Source: an uncultured virus (IMG/VR IMGVR_UViG_3300042306_000801) (taxonomy: Duplodnaviria; Heunggongvirae; Uroviricota; Caudoviricetes). From it: a stretch of 64,000 nucleotides of DNA. Below the pieces are notes generated by a model. It was not told where the DNA came from, did not search any database, and saw only the letters and a program-made list of their open reading frames with translations. Where the stretch lies: the IMG/VR virus record IMGVR_UViG_3300042306_000801, one strand, 5' to 3'. Within the stretch, counting starts at the first letter, position 1; the number at the start of each line of letters is the position of its first letter. The position numbers and the translations under genes were made by a program. Below, piece by piece: positions 1 through 9,031 of the stretch.

Positions 1-644
1 AAACTTATCTATCTCCGATGTCATTCGGTAGACCTGACCCAATTGTTGAGTTTGCTGACAAACTTAAAAGAATGGGTGATAAGGAAGATTGGAAAGCTGC
101 TAAAAAAATGGAGCCGAAACTTAGAACTTTTGTACCAGTATTGGTAAGAGGTGAAGAAGGTGAAGGTGTAAAATTTTGGGGCTTTGGAAAAACTGTATAT
201 CAAGAGATTCTTGGTTATATGGCAGATCCTGATTACGGTGATATTACTGACCCAAATGAAGGTAGAGATATTACGGTTGAAGTAGTATCAGCTGAAGACA
301 GTGGTACATCTTACCCTGTAACAACAATCCGTGTTAAACCAAAGGAAACTCCGTTGGCAACATCTAAAGAAGATACGGACAAGTATTTAACTTCTCAAAA
401 AGAAATTACTGAACTTTATTCAGAATTAACTTATGCAGAATTGAAAAATGTATTAGAAGGTTGGTTAAATCCATCAGCAACATCAGAAGATGAAAAATCA
501 GCATCAGCTGAAACACTTTCATCAACTGCTAAAAATGATGATGATGAAGCACCATTCGATACAACTCCATCAAAACCGGCGGCAGCACCAGCTAAAAAAT
601 TAGATGATGTAGCAGCAGCATTTGATGACCTTTTCAATTCATAA
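1..644 (+). CDS. T4 gp32-like single-stranded DNA-binding protein (5'-truncated by the window edge)
   Basis: The frame is open upstream of the ATG at 18. It has GVKFWGFGKTVY and YGDITDP..GRDI motifs typical of gp32-like SSBs, an acidic tail (DDVAAAFDDLFNS), and sits directly before recA/uvsX. Confidence 0.8.
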   Translation, partial: TYLSPMSFGRPDPIVEFADKLKRMGDKEDWKAAKKMEPKLRTFVPVLVRGEEGEGVKFWGFGKTVYQEILGYMADPDYGDITDPNEGRDITVEVVSAEDSGTSYPVTTIRVKPKETPLATSKEDTDKYLTSQKEITELYSELTYAELKNVLEGWLNPSATSEDEKSASAETLSSTAKNDDDEAPFDTTPSKPAAAPAKKLDDVAAAFDDLFNS

Positions 645-657
645 AATAAGTTAATAT

Positions 658-1779
658 ATGGCTAAAGCAACTAAGGAAGTAGACTTGGCAGCAGTACTTG
701 CCGAGTCCCTTAACAAACAATCAAAAGACCAAAAGGTAGCATTCTTTTTGGACTCGGATGAAGCTCCCACAAATGTAGAGGGATGGATTTCAACCGGAGC
801 ATCAATGTTAGATGTGGCTATCTCAAATCGCCCGTATGGTGGTTTGCCTGTTGGTAGAATTACCGAAGTGACAGGATTGGAACAAAGCGGTAAATCATTA
901 CTTTCAGCACACTTACTTGCCGAAACACAAAAGTTAGGTGGTATCGCTGTGTTAATTGATACTGAAAATGCCGTAAGTAGAGAGTTCTTGGAAGCCATTG
1001 GAGTAGATACAACCAAATTACTTTATGTAGCAGCTGAAACTGTTGAACAATGTTTTGAATATACTGAAACTATTATTGAGAAAGTGAGAACTAACTCAAA
1101 GGATAAGTATGTAACAATCGTTGTAGATTCAGTAGCAGCAGCATCAACTGAAAAGGAGATGGAAGCTGATTATGGTAAAGATGGTTACGCTACGGATAAA
1201 GCAATTATCATTTCCAAAGCAATGCGTAAAATCACAAACCTTATTGGTAGACAGAAAATCACATTGGTTTTCACAAATCAATTAAGACAGAAAATGAACG
1301 CAATGCCTTTCTCTGACCCTTGGACAACTTCTGGTGGTAAAGCAATTGCTTTCCACGCATCAGTTCGTTTGAGATTAAAGAGTATGGGAACGATTAAAGC
1401 AAAAGAAAATGGTAACGAAAGAATCGTAGGTATTAAAGTTCGTTGTCAAGTAGTAAAAAATCGTATGGGACCACCGTTACGTTCCGCTGATTTTGATATC
1501 TTCTTTGACAGAGGAATTGATAACTATGGTGCTTGGTTAGGACTAATGAAGGATAATGGTATTGTAAAACAATCAGGAGCTTGGTATGAATATATTGATA
1601 TTGATTCAGGCGAAGTGATTAAATTCCAATCCAAAGATTTTCCAACAACATTAGAATCTAATCAGGAAATAAAAGAACAAATCTATAAAAGGATTTGTGA
1701 AGCAACAATTTCACAATACAAAAAAGATTCATTGGATACTGATAGTTTGGTGACAGACTCAGAAGTAATCGGTGATTAA
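658..1779 (+). CDS. recA: RecA/UvsX-like recombinase
   Basis: GGLPVGRITEVTGLEQSGKS Walker A, IDTENA, IVVDSVAA Walker B, FTNQLR, TTSGGKAIAFHASVRL, VKNR. Confidence 0.95.
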   Translation: MAKATKEVDLAAVLAESLNKQSKDQKVAFFLDSDEAPTNVEGWISTGASMLDVAISNRPYGGLPVGRITEVTGLEQSGKSLLSAHLLAETQKLGGIAVLIDTENAVSREFLEAIGVDTTKLLYVAAETVEQCFEYTETIIEKVRTNSKDKYVTIVVDSVAAASTEKEMEADYGKDGYATDKAIIISKAMRKITNLIGRQKITLVFTNQLRQKMNAMPFSDPWTTSGGKAIAFHASVRLRLKSMGTIKAKENGNERIVGIKVRCQVVKNRMGPPLRSADFDIFFDRGIDNYGAWLGLMKDNGIVKQSGAWYEYIDIDSGEVIKFQSKDFPTTLESNQEIKEQIYKRICEATISQYKKDSLDTDSLVTDSEVIGD

Positions 1780-1783
1780 TTAA

Positions 1784-2842
1784 ATGTTACAAAAAAATAT
1801 GAAAGACTTATACAAAAAATTACTCAATGAAGTAGAATCTGAACATGAATCTAATGCCCAAAGGGTAAGGAATGGTAGAGTTCTTATCATAGATGGACTG
1901 AATACCTTCATCCGTAGCTGGACTACCAACCCTATTATGAATGAGGATGGTGACCATACGGGTGGAGTTATTGGTTCATTAAATTCAATCGGATATCAAA
2001 TACGTCAATTCAATCCTACTAGAGTTGTTCTTACCTTTGATGGTAAGGGTGGTTCTAAAGGAAGGAAAGAATTGTTTGAAGGATATAAAGCTGATAGAGG
2101 TAAGAATCGTTTTAGGGTTAATCGTCAATACCCAGAAATGATGTCTCAAGAAGATGAGCAAATTTCAATGAAAAGACAATTTGTGTGGTTAGTAGACTTG
2201 TTAGATAGTTTACCAATTACAACAATGATATATGATGGTATAGAAGCAGATGATGTAATCGGACACATTGCTAAGCATGTGCTTGGCGAAGGAGAAGAAT
2301 GTTATATTGTTTCTACTGATAAAGATTTTCTACAATTAGTAGATGAGAAGACTTTTGTTTTTTCACCAACTAAAAAGAAACTTTATAATAGAGAATTAGT
2401 TAAAGAAGAATGGGGAATATATCCACAAAATCTTTTACTATTCAGAACATTAGACGGTGATAACTCTGATAATGTACCTGGTGTTAAAGGATGTGGTTTA
2501 AAGACTGTACTAAAAAGATTTCCTGAATTATCGGAAGATAGAGAGATAACTTTTGATGAGTTCTTTCAAATATGTGAAGATAGACGGAAGGAAGCTAAAA
2601 TCTATGAAGATATACTTGCAGCTAAAGATGATGTTTTGAGAAATAGGCAAATCATGCAATTGCAAGAACCACATATCAATACAAATACAAAGTTGAAAAT
2701 AAATGATAGATTCGCTGAACCAAACAAAAAGTTTGATAAGATGGAATTTATCAGAGCCGCTATGAAGTATAAAATTCTTCAAAACTGGAAAGATATAAAC
2801 GATTGGCTAAAATCAACATACACGAATATTATAGTAAAATAA
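1784..2842 (+). CDS. 5'-3' exonuclease / flap endonuclease (T4 RNase H / PolA N-terminal type)
   Basis: IIDGLN, FDG, YKADR, EADDVIG, STDKDFLQL and GDNSDNVPGVKGCG (H3TH) motifs. The start could instead be the ATG at 1799. Confidence 0.92.
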   Translation: MLQKNMKDLYKKLLNEVESEHESNAQRVRNGRVLIIDGLNTFIRSWTTNPIMNEDGDHTGGVIGSLNSIGYQIRQFNPTRVVLTFDGKGGSKGRKELFEGYKADRGKNRFRVNRQYPEMMSQEDEQISMKRQFVWLVDLLDSLPITTMIYDGIEADDVIGHIAKHVLGEGEECYIVSTDKDFLQLVDEKTFVFSPTKKKLYNRELVKEEWGIYPQNLLLFRTLDGDNSDNVPGVKGCGLKTVLKRFPELSEDREITFDEFFQICEDRRKEAKIYEDILAAKDDVLRNRQIMQLQEPHINTNTKLKINDRFAEPNKKFDKMEFIRAAMKYKILQNWKDINDWLKSTYTNIIVK

Positions 2843-2874
2843 TTTGGTGGTATCACTAAATTGTTGTATATTTG
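2843..2874 (+). promoter_or_regulatory. Bacteroidota-type sigma promoter (TTTG-N20-TATATTTG)
   Basis: TTTG at 2843-2846 and TATATTTG at 2867-2874, matching the -33/-7 consensus TTTG...TAnnTTTG. Confidence 0.75.
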
Positions 2875-2891
2875 TAAACCAATAAAGATAA

Positions 2892-4286
2892 ATGCAGAGC
2901 GAAGACACACTTTCAAAATACGGACAATCATTTCAAACCAAAGTAATATCTGCTTTGCTTACCGATGATAGAATGATGAATACATTATCCGATGTTATTC
3001 ATAAAAAATTCTTTGAATCGGAAGCGAATAAGTGGATAGTGGATGAGATTGTATCGCATCATAAAGATTACAATAAAGTGCCTTCGTTGGACGTATTCAA
3101 AGTTCAGGTATCTAAAATTGATAATCAATCTTTACAAAAAACAATTGTAGGACAACTTAAAGAAATATATGGACAAATCGGTAATACCGATTTTGAATAT
3201 ATCAAAGATGAGTTTACTTCATTTTGTATTAATCAAAATTTAAAAAATGTAATCGTACAATCTATTGACTTGTTGAAATCAGGTAACTATGATAAAATCA
3301 AAGACTTGGTTGATAAGGCAATGAAGGTTGGTGTTGATGCCGATTTGGGTATGGATTACCTTATTGATTTTGAAAAAAGGTATGATGAAACAAAAAGAGA
3401 TACTGTTGGTACTGATTGGGAATGTATCAATGAACTTATGAATGGTGGATTAGGACCTGGCGAATTGGGGGTTGTAGTTGCACCATCCGGTGTTGGTAAG
3501 ACTTGGGTACTATGTGCTTTGGGAGCTGCAGCTGTAAGAGCTGGAAAGACTGTTGCACATTATTCATTGGAATTATCACAAGAATATGTTGGTTTACGAT
3601 ATGATACTGTATTTTCACACATACCATCACATGAATTGGTTGATAAGAAAGAAGAAGTATTAACATCTCTAAAAAAATTAAGAGGTAAACTTAAAATTAA
3701 ATACTTCCCACCAAAAGGTGCATCTTCAAAAACAATTCAAGCTCATCTAGAAAAGATGATAGCAGCCGGTAATAAGCCCGATTTAGTTATTGTGGATTAC
3801 GCTGATTTGTTATTATCACATTCAAACAAAACCGATAGTACATACGCTGAACAAGGTGGAGTGTACATTGATTTAAGAGGAATGAGTGGTGAGTTGGGAA
3901 TACCAATTTGGACAGCATCACAAACAAATCGTTCAGCAATTGATAGCGAAGTTATTGAAGCTGATAAGATTGCAGATTCATACGCTAAAGTAATGAACGC
4001 TGACTTTATTATGAGTTTGAGTAGAAAAGCTAAAGATAAGTTGAGTAACACTGCAAGAGTACATGTTATGAAAAACCGATTTGGACAGGATGGTATAACA
4101 TTCCCTGCCAAAATGAATACAACCGATGGTACATTGGAAGTATATACAGCATCATCAACCGATGGGGTATTAGCACAAAAGGCTAGTGCAAATGGGAATG
4201 AAATAGAAAGACAACTATTACATAAGAAATATGTTGAAAGTATGCCGGTTGGAAACAAACCGCAACTGGTTACGGGATTAGGATAA
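2892..4286 (+). CDS. Replicative DNA helicase (DnaB / T4 gp41-like)
   Basis: GGLGPGELGVVVAPSGVGKT Walker A, SLEL, IVDYADLL, WTASQTNR, IADS, KNRFG. Confidence 0.93.
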   Translation: MQSEDTLSKYGQSFQTKVISALLTDDRMMNTLSDVIHKKFFESEANKWIVDEIVSHHKDYNKVPSLDVFKVQVSKIDNQSLQKTIVGQLKEIYGQIGNTDFEYIKDEFTSFCINQNLKNVIVQSIDLLKSGNYDKIKDLVDKAMKVGVDADLGMDYLIDFEKRYDETKRDTVGTDWECINELMNGGLGPGELGVVVAPSGVGKTWVLCALGAAAVRAGKTVAHYSLELSQEYVGLRYDTVFSHIPSHELVDKKEEVLTSLKKLRGKLKIKYFPPKGASSKTIQAHLEKMIAAGNKPDLVIVDYADLLLSHSNKTDSTYAEQGGVYIDLRGMSGELGIPIWTASQTNRSAIDSEVIEADKIADSYAKVMNADFIMSLSRKAKDKLSNTARVHVMKNRFGQDGITFPAKMNTTDGTLEVYTASSTDGVLAQKASANGNEIERQLLHKKYVESMPVGNKPQLVTGLG

Positions 4287-4305
4287 CAATTAAAAAACAA
4301 AAACT

Positions 4306-4482
4306 ATGGCAACAAGTCAAGAATTATTTGAGCAAATCAAAGGACATTTTACAACCTTTGAAACAGAACACAATGGTACTAAAAAAGTAAACAAATCAAG
4401 AGCTAGAAAAGCAATTGGTGAGTTGAAAAAATTAGTAACTGCTTATAAGAAAGCTTCAACAGAAGAAGGAAAGGCGGCATAA
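4306..4482 (+). CDS. Small histone H1-like (Hc1-family-like) DNA-binding protein, 58 aa; not in the ORF track
   Basis: Manual translation MATSQELFEQIKGHFTTFETEHNGTKKVNKSRARKAIGELKKLVTAYKKASTEEGKAA. The K..RARK...ELKKL....K.S pattern resembles Hc1-family proteins. Confidence 0.7.
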   Translation: MATSQELFEQIKGHFTTFETEHNGTKKVNKSRARKAIGELKKLVTAYKKASTEEGKAA

Positions 4483-4486
4483 TGAT

Positions 4487-4510
4487 AGGGGAGAGCAACT
4501 CTCCCCTTTC
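4487..4510 (+). terminator. Hairpin / probable intrinsic terminator
   Basis: AGGGGAGAG-CAA-CTCTCCCCT stem followed by a short T-rich tail, immediately after the 4306-4482 ORF. Confidence 0.6.
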
Positions 4511-4670
4511 TATGTTATAATAGACACCTATTTTAACAATTAAAAATATTTTAAAAAAAGTGGATTTTTTATCCACAAACTTGTATTGTTTAGTCAGGCA
4601 CCTCATATTTATCTTTTTAAATTCAGGTTTTCCTGAAAAAATTTACTAAACAATTTAATTTTACAAAACA

Positions 4671-6527
4671 ATGGACATTTCAACACGAATTTTATCAGAC
4701 ATTACGGTGTATATGAAGTACGCTAAGTACCAGCCGGAATTACAAAGAAGAGAAACATGGGAAGAATTGGTTACTCGTAATATGGATATGCATATTAAGA
4801 AGTTTCCAAAATTAGAAAAAGAAATCAGAGAGAACTACAAATTCGTGTATGATAAAAAGGTATTACCTTCAATGCGTTCAATGCAGTTTGCAGGTAAACC
4901 AATTGAAATTTCACCAAATAGAATTTACAACTGTGCATTCGCTCCAGCAGATGATTGGAGAGTGTTTTCAGAAATTATGTTCTTACTATTAGGTGGAACG
5001 GGTGTAGGTTACTCTGTTCAAAAACATCACGTTGATGCTTTACCTGAAATTAGAAAACCAAATGCAGATAAGACAAGAAGATTTCTTATTGGTGATTCTA
5101 TTGAAGGTTGGGCTGATGCGGTATTAGTATTAATGAAAGCATATTTCTTTGGTGGAAGTAAACCACAATTTGATTTCAGAGATATTAGACCAAAGGGTGC
5201 AAGATTAATCACTTCAGGTGGTAAAGCACCTGGACCTCAACCACTTAAAGAGTGTTTGATTAAAGTAGAAGGTATATTAGATGCACACAAAGACGGTGAT
5301 AAATTAGAACCGATTGAAGTACATGATATTATTTGTCATATTGCAGATGCAGTATTGGCAGGTGGTATTCGTAGAGCAGCACTTATTTCACTATTTTCAG
5401 CAACCGATGAAAAAATGATTAGTTGTAAGAGTGGTGCATGGTGGGAAACAAATCCGCAAAGAGGTAGAGCAAATAACTCTGCGGTATTAATGAGACATAA
5501 AATCACGAAAGATTATTTTATGGACTTATGGAAAAGAATTGAAGCAAGTGGAGCCGGTGAACCTGGTATCTATTTAAGTAATGATAAAGATTGGGGAACT
5601 AATCCTTGTTGTGAAATTGCATTAAGACCTTATCAATTCTGTAACTTATGTGAAGTAAATGTAAGTGATATTATAGACCAAACTGATTTGGAAGAAAGAG
5701 TTAAAGCAGCATCGTTCATTGGAACGTTGCAAGCGGGTTATACTGACTTCCATTATTTAAGACCAATTTGGCAAAGAACAACTGAAAAGGATGCGTTGAT
5801 TGGAATATCTATGACCGGTATCGGAAGTGGTGCTATTTTAAAGCATGATATGAAGGCAGCGGCTAAAATTGTTAAAGAAGAAAATAAAAGAGTAGCTGAT
5901 TTAATGGGAATCAACGCTTCGGCAAGATGTACAACTGTAAAGCCTGCCGGAACAACATCATTAACTTTGGGTACATCTTCTGGAATTCACGCTTGGCACA
6001 ATGATTACTACATTCGTAGAGTAAGAGTTGGTAAGAATGAATCAATTTATTCTCATTTAGTATTACATCATCCTGAATTGGTTGAAGATGAATATTTCAG
6101 ACCACATGATACTGCCGTAATTGGTATTCCACAAAAGGCACCAGCAGATGCAATCTTTAGAACTGAATCTCCAATTCAACTATTAGAGAGAGTTAAGAGA
6201 GTGCATAGTGAGTGGGTTAAGCCTGGCCATAGAAGCGGTAACAATACACACAACGTATCTGCAACTGTTTCTATTAGAGAGCATGAGTGGAAAGCAGTTG
6301 GTGAGTGGATGTGGGAAAACAAAGAATTCTATAATGGTCTTTCAGTATTACCGTACGATGGTGGAACTTATATCCAGGCTCCATTTGAAGATTGTACAAA
6401 AGAAAAATACGAAGAACTTATGAAAACATTGCACGATGTTGATTTAAGTAAAGTTATAGAATTAGAAGATACAACTGACTTAAGTGGTGAGTTAGCATGT
6501 GCGGGTGGTGCGTGTGAAGTTAAGTAA
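4671..6527 (+). CDS. nrdJ: Class II (adenosylcobalamin-dependent) ribonucleotide reductase
   Basis: YNCAF, GTGVGYS, AGGIRRAALISL, GEPG, TNPCCEI, QFCNL, TTVKPAGT, and the C-terminal redox pair CAGGAC. Confidence 0.93.
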   Translation: MDISTRILSDITVYMKYAKYQPELQRRETWEELVTRNMDMHIKKFPKLEKEIRENYKFVYDKKVLPSMRSMQFAGKPIEISPNRIYNCAFAPADDWRVFSEIMFLLLGGTGVGYSVQKHHVDALPEIRKPNADKTRRFLIGDSIEGWADAVLVLMKAYFFGGSKPQFDFRDIRPKGARLITSGGKAPGPQPLKECLIKVEGILDAHKDGDKLEPIEVHDIICHIADAVLAGGIRRAALISLFSATDEKMISCKSGAWWETNPQRGRANNSAVLMRHKITKDYFMDLWKRIEASGAGEPGIYLSNDKDWGTNPCCEIALRPYQFCNLCEVNVSDIIDQTDLEERVKAASFIGTLQAGYTDFHYLRPIWQRTTEKDALIGISMTGIGSGAILKHDMKAAAKIVKEENKRVADLMGINASARCTTVKPAGTTSLTLGTSSGIHAWHNDYYIRRVRVGKNESIYSHLVLHHPELVEDEYFRPHDTAVIGIPQKAPADAIFRTESPIQLLERVKRVHSEWVKPGHRSGNNTHNVSATVSIREHEWKAVGEWMWENKEFYNGLSVLPYDGGTYIQAPFEDCTKEKYEELMKTLHDVDLSKVIELEDTTDLSGELACAGGACEVK

Positions 6528-6568
6528 GATGCACGATAACTTGGTACAAAATATAGTAAACGGAATAT

Positions 6569-6769
6569 ATGGCTCGATTCGCGGAAACCGATAAGAACCT
6601 ATATTACTTTGAAGGTAGTAGGGTAGTGTTTACACCAGAATACCACATAGAACGTGGATATTGTTGTGGGAACGGGTGTAGACACTGTCCTTACGAACCT
6701 AAACACATAAAGGGAAATATAGAATTAGAAAAAATATATAAAAAAGAAAACGATGAGCGTAGTAGTTAA
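6569..6769 (+). CDS. Small Cys-rich protein (DUF5522-like)
   Basis: RGYCCGNGCRHCPY motif. Confidence 0.7.
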   Translation: MARFAETDKNLYYFEGSRVVFTPEYHIERGYCCGNGCRHCPYEPKHIKGNIELEKIYKKENDERSS

Positions 6770-7022
6770 AAAATTTGGAGCAGCGTGGTGTGGTCCTTGT
6801 AGAGCATTGGCACCTGTATTAGAGGGGATTAAAAAAGAGTTTGAAGGTAAAGCAACGTTTGTTGAATATGATGTTGATAATTCTCCAGAAGAATCAGAAC
6901 AGTATAATGTTACATCTATTCCATTGGTAATAATTGAAAAAGATGGTGTAGTTTTAGAAAGATTTCAAGGTTTAGCAGCTAAAGTAGCATATATTAATGC
7001 TATTAATGAGGCTATAAAATAA
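6753..7022 (+). CDS. trxA: Thioredoxin
   Basis: WCGPC active site and YNVTSIP cis-Pro loop; downstream of the RNR gene. Confidence 0.93.
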   Translation: MSVVVKKFGAAWCGPCRALAPVLEGIKKEFEGKATFVEYDVDNSPEESEQYNVTSIPLVIIEKDGVVLERFQGLAAKVAYINAINEAIK

Positions 7023-7023
7023 A

Positions 7024-7055
7024 TTTGGTAATATCCAAAAAGTTTCGTAAATTTG
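7024..7055 (+). promoter_or_regulatory. Bacteroidota-type promoter, probably giving a leaderless mRNA
   Basis: TTTG at 7024-7027, N20, TAAATTTG at 7048-7055; the ATG is at 7060. Confidence 0.7.
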
Positions 7056-7059
7056 TTAT

Positions 7060-8517
7060 ATGTGTGGAATAATAGGCGGTAATTGGTTTACTTCTAGTAA
7101 GCAGACCCATACCCATTTACAAAAAATAATTCATAGAGGTAGAGATGCTTCTATTGTAGACGAGATAGACAGTGTCTTTGTTGGGCACAATCGTCTTTCA
7201 ATTCAAGATTTATCTTCAACAGCAAACCAACCAATGTGGAATGGTGATAAGACTGTATGTATTGTATATAATGGAGAGTTGTGGGATAGTAATTACACAA
7301 AAGAATTAAAAGATAAAATTACAATTCCATTTAAAACAAAATCTGATACTGAAATAATTCTTAATGCTTATTGTGAATTTGGAACTGATTCATTCAAAGA
7401 TTTGGATGGGATGTTTTCATTTGCAATAGTTGATACCAAAATTAATAAAATATTTGTAGTTAGAGATTACGTTGGTGAGTTACCTTTATGGTATGCAATT
7501 GATAACGATGGTAAGATGGTATTTTGTTCTGAAAAGAAAGGATTGCCAATATCAGAACTTTATGAAAAGCAAGTAAAGGCAATTTATCCAGGAACTTATT
7601 TAGAATACAACTATAAAACATTAGAACATTCAACACAAACTTATTATAAACTTCCAAATGAAATAATAAATGATGATAGAGAAACTATCGTTACGAATAT
7701 TAGAACAATGTTGGAAGAAGCTGTAAAAGTTAAGATGGTATCAGATGTTCCTATTTGTACTATTCTTAGCGGTGGTATTGATTCCGTTATCACTACATAT
7801 ATTCTTTCTAAAATTAAACCTGATATTGAAGCATTCGTTGTATCAATGGGAGATGGTGATACTAAAAATGATGATATAAAATACGCTAGAATTGCTGCAA
7901 AAGAATTTGGAGTAAAATTGCATGAAATTATTTTAACCGAACAGGATGTTGAAGATGCGGTTAAAGAAACTCTTTATGTTATTGAGCAAGGTAGATGGCA
8001 AAACGTTGGTAGTGCAATTGCACAAATAGCACTATCTAAAAAGATAAATGAGTTAGGATTCAAAGTTGTATTTAGTGGTGACCTATCCGATGAGATATGG
8101 GGTAGTTATGGGCACATTCAAGCGTTCCATTACAAACCCGAAGATTACGATAAGGCCAGAAGAAAATTAGTAGAAGATGTACATAAGACAAACTTCTTAA
8201 CAACAAACCAATCTATTATGTGGGGTGGAACCGTTGAGGTAAGAACTCCGTATAGTTGGAGACCGTTTGTTGAATATACTTTAAATATTCCACCATTATA
8301 TCAAAAAGAAGGTGGACATATGAAACCTCTATTAAGGGCTGCATTCAAAGGTGAGATTTCCGATGAACTATTATATAGACCTAAAGTTTACTTCGCAAAA
8401 GGATGTAGGACAGGTGATATGATGGAAGCTAAAAAAGATATTTTGAAATCTCAATTAAAATCCTTATATTTGTATAAAGACGAACTAAACTTAAATAAAT
8501 TCTTTCAATATGCTTAA
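7060..8517 (+). CDS. Asparagine synthetase B-like glutamine-dependent amidotransferase
   Basis: N-terminal MCGI (Ntn Cys), HRG, GHNRLSIQD, QPM, YNGEL; PP-loop LSGGIDS; SGDLSDEIWGSY; EVRTPY; KPLLR. Confidence 0.9.
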   Translation: MCGIIGGNWFTSSKQTHTHLQKIIHRGRDASIVDEIDSVFVGHNRLSIQDLSSTANQPMWNGDKTVCIVYNGELWDSNYTKELKDKITIPFKTKSDTEIILNAYCEFGTDSFKDLDGMFSFAIVDTKINKIFVVRDYVGELPLWYAIDNDGKMVFCSEKKGLPISELYEKQVKAIYPGTYLEYNYKTLEHSTQTYYKLPNEIINDDRETIVTNIRTMLEEAVKVKMVSDVPICTILSGGIDSVITTYILSKIKPDIEAFVVSMGDGDTKNDDIKYARIAAKEFGVKLHEIILTEQDVEDAVKETLYVIEQGRWQNVGSAIAQIALSKKINELGFKVVFSGDLSDEIWGSYGHIQAFHYKPEDYDKARRKLVEDVHKTNFLTTNQSIMWGGTVEVRTPYSWRPFVEYTLNIPPLYQKEGGHMKPLLRAAFKGEISDELLYRPKVYFAKGCRTGDMMEAKKDILKSQLKSLYLYKDELNLNKFFQYA

Positions 8518-9031
8518 TTTTGTAAAAGCTGAAAAAGGTACAACTGAAATGATTGAAGCTGTAAATCAGGCTTCAACTATTATTGATTTGTATCCTGAAA
8601 TATTTCCACACTTATATAAGCAAGGCTTTAAGTTGGAAAAGTATATTGAAAAAGGTGGTATGATACTGCAAGACGGTGTTGTTATCACTTTTGGAAAATA
8701 TAAATCTCATGGTAGAATGAGTAAAAATGCTACCACATATAAAAAGAAAGGAGATTATATTCTTCATCAAATTGCAACAAATCACTCTAAAACAAATGCT
8801 TCAAAAGAAGTATTAGATGAGTTTGTAGAATATTGTAAATCACAACACGCAGAGAATCTATTCTTAACCGTTAGGGCATTCAATTATAGAGCCGTATTGT
8901 TTTATGAGAGATATGGTTTTGTAAAAGATAGTGATATAACTTGGACTAGTAAAAAAGACGGAGTTATAAATGGTATAGTATTCAGATTGAGATTGGTTGC
9001 AAACAAAAATATAGAAACAGTATGTATTTAG
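8510..9031 (+). CDS. GNAT-family acetyltransferase
   Basis: ILHQIAT and LFLTVRAFNYRAVLFYERYGF (GNAT motif B). It overlaps both neighbouring genes. Confidence 0.8.
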   Translation: MLNFVKAEKGTTEMIEAVNQASTIIDLYPEIFPHLYKQGFKLEKYIEKGGMILQDGVVITFGKYKSHGRMSKNATTYKKKGDYILHQIATNHSKTNASKEVLDEFVEYCKSQHAENLFLTVRAFNYRAVLFYERYGFVKDSDITWTSKKDGVINGIVFRLRLVANKNIETVCI

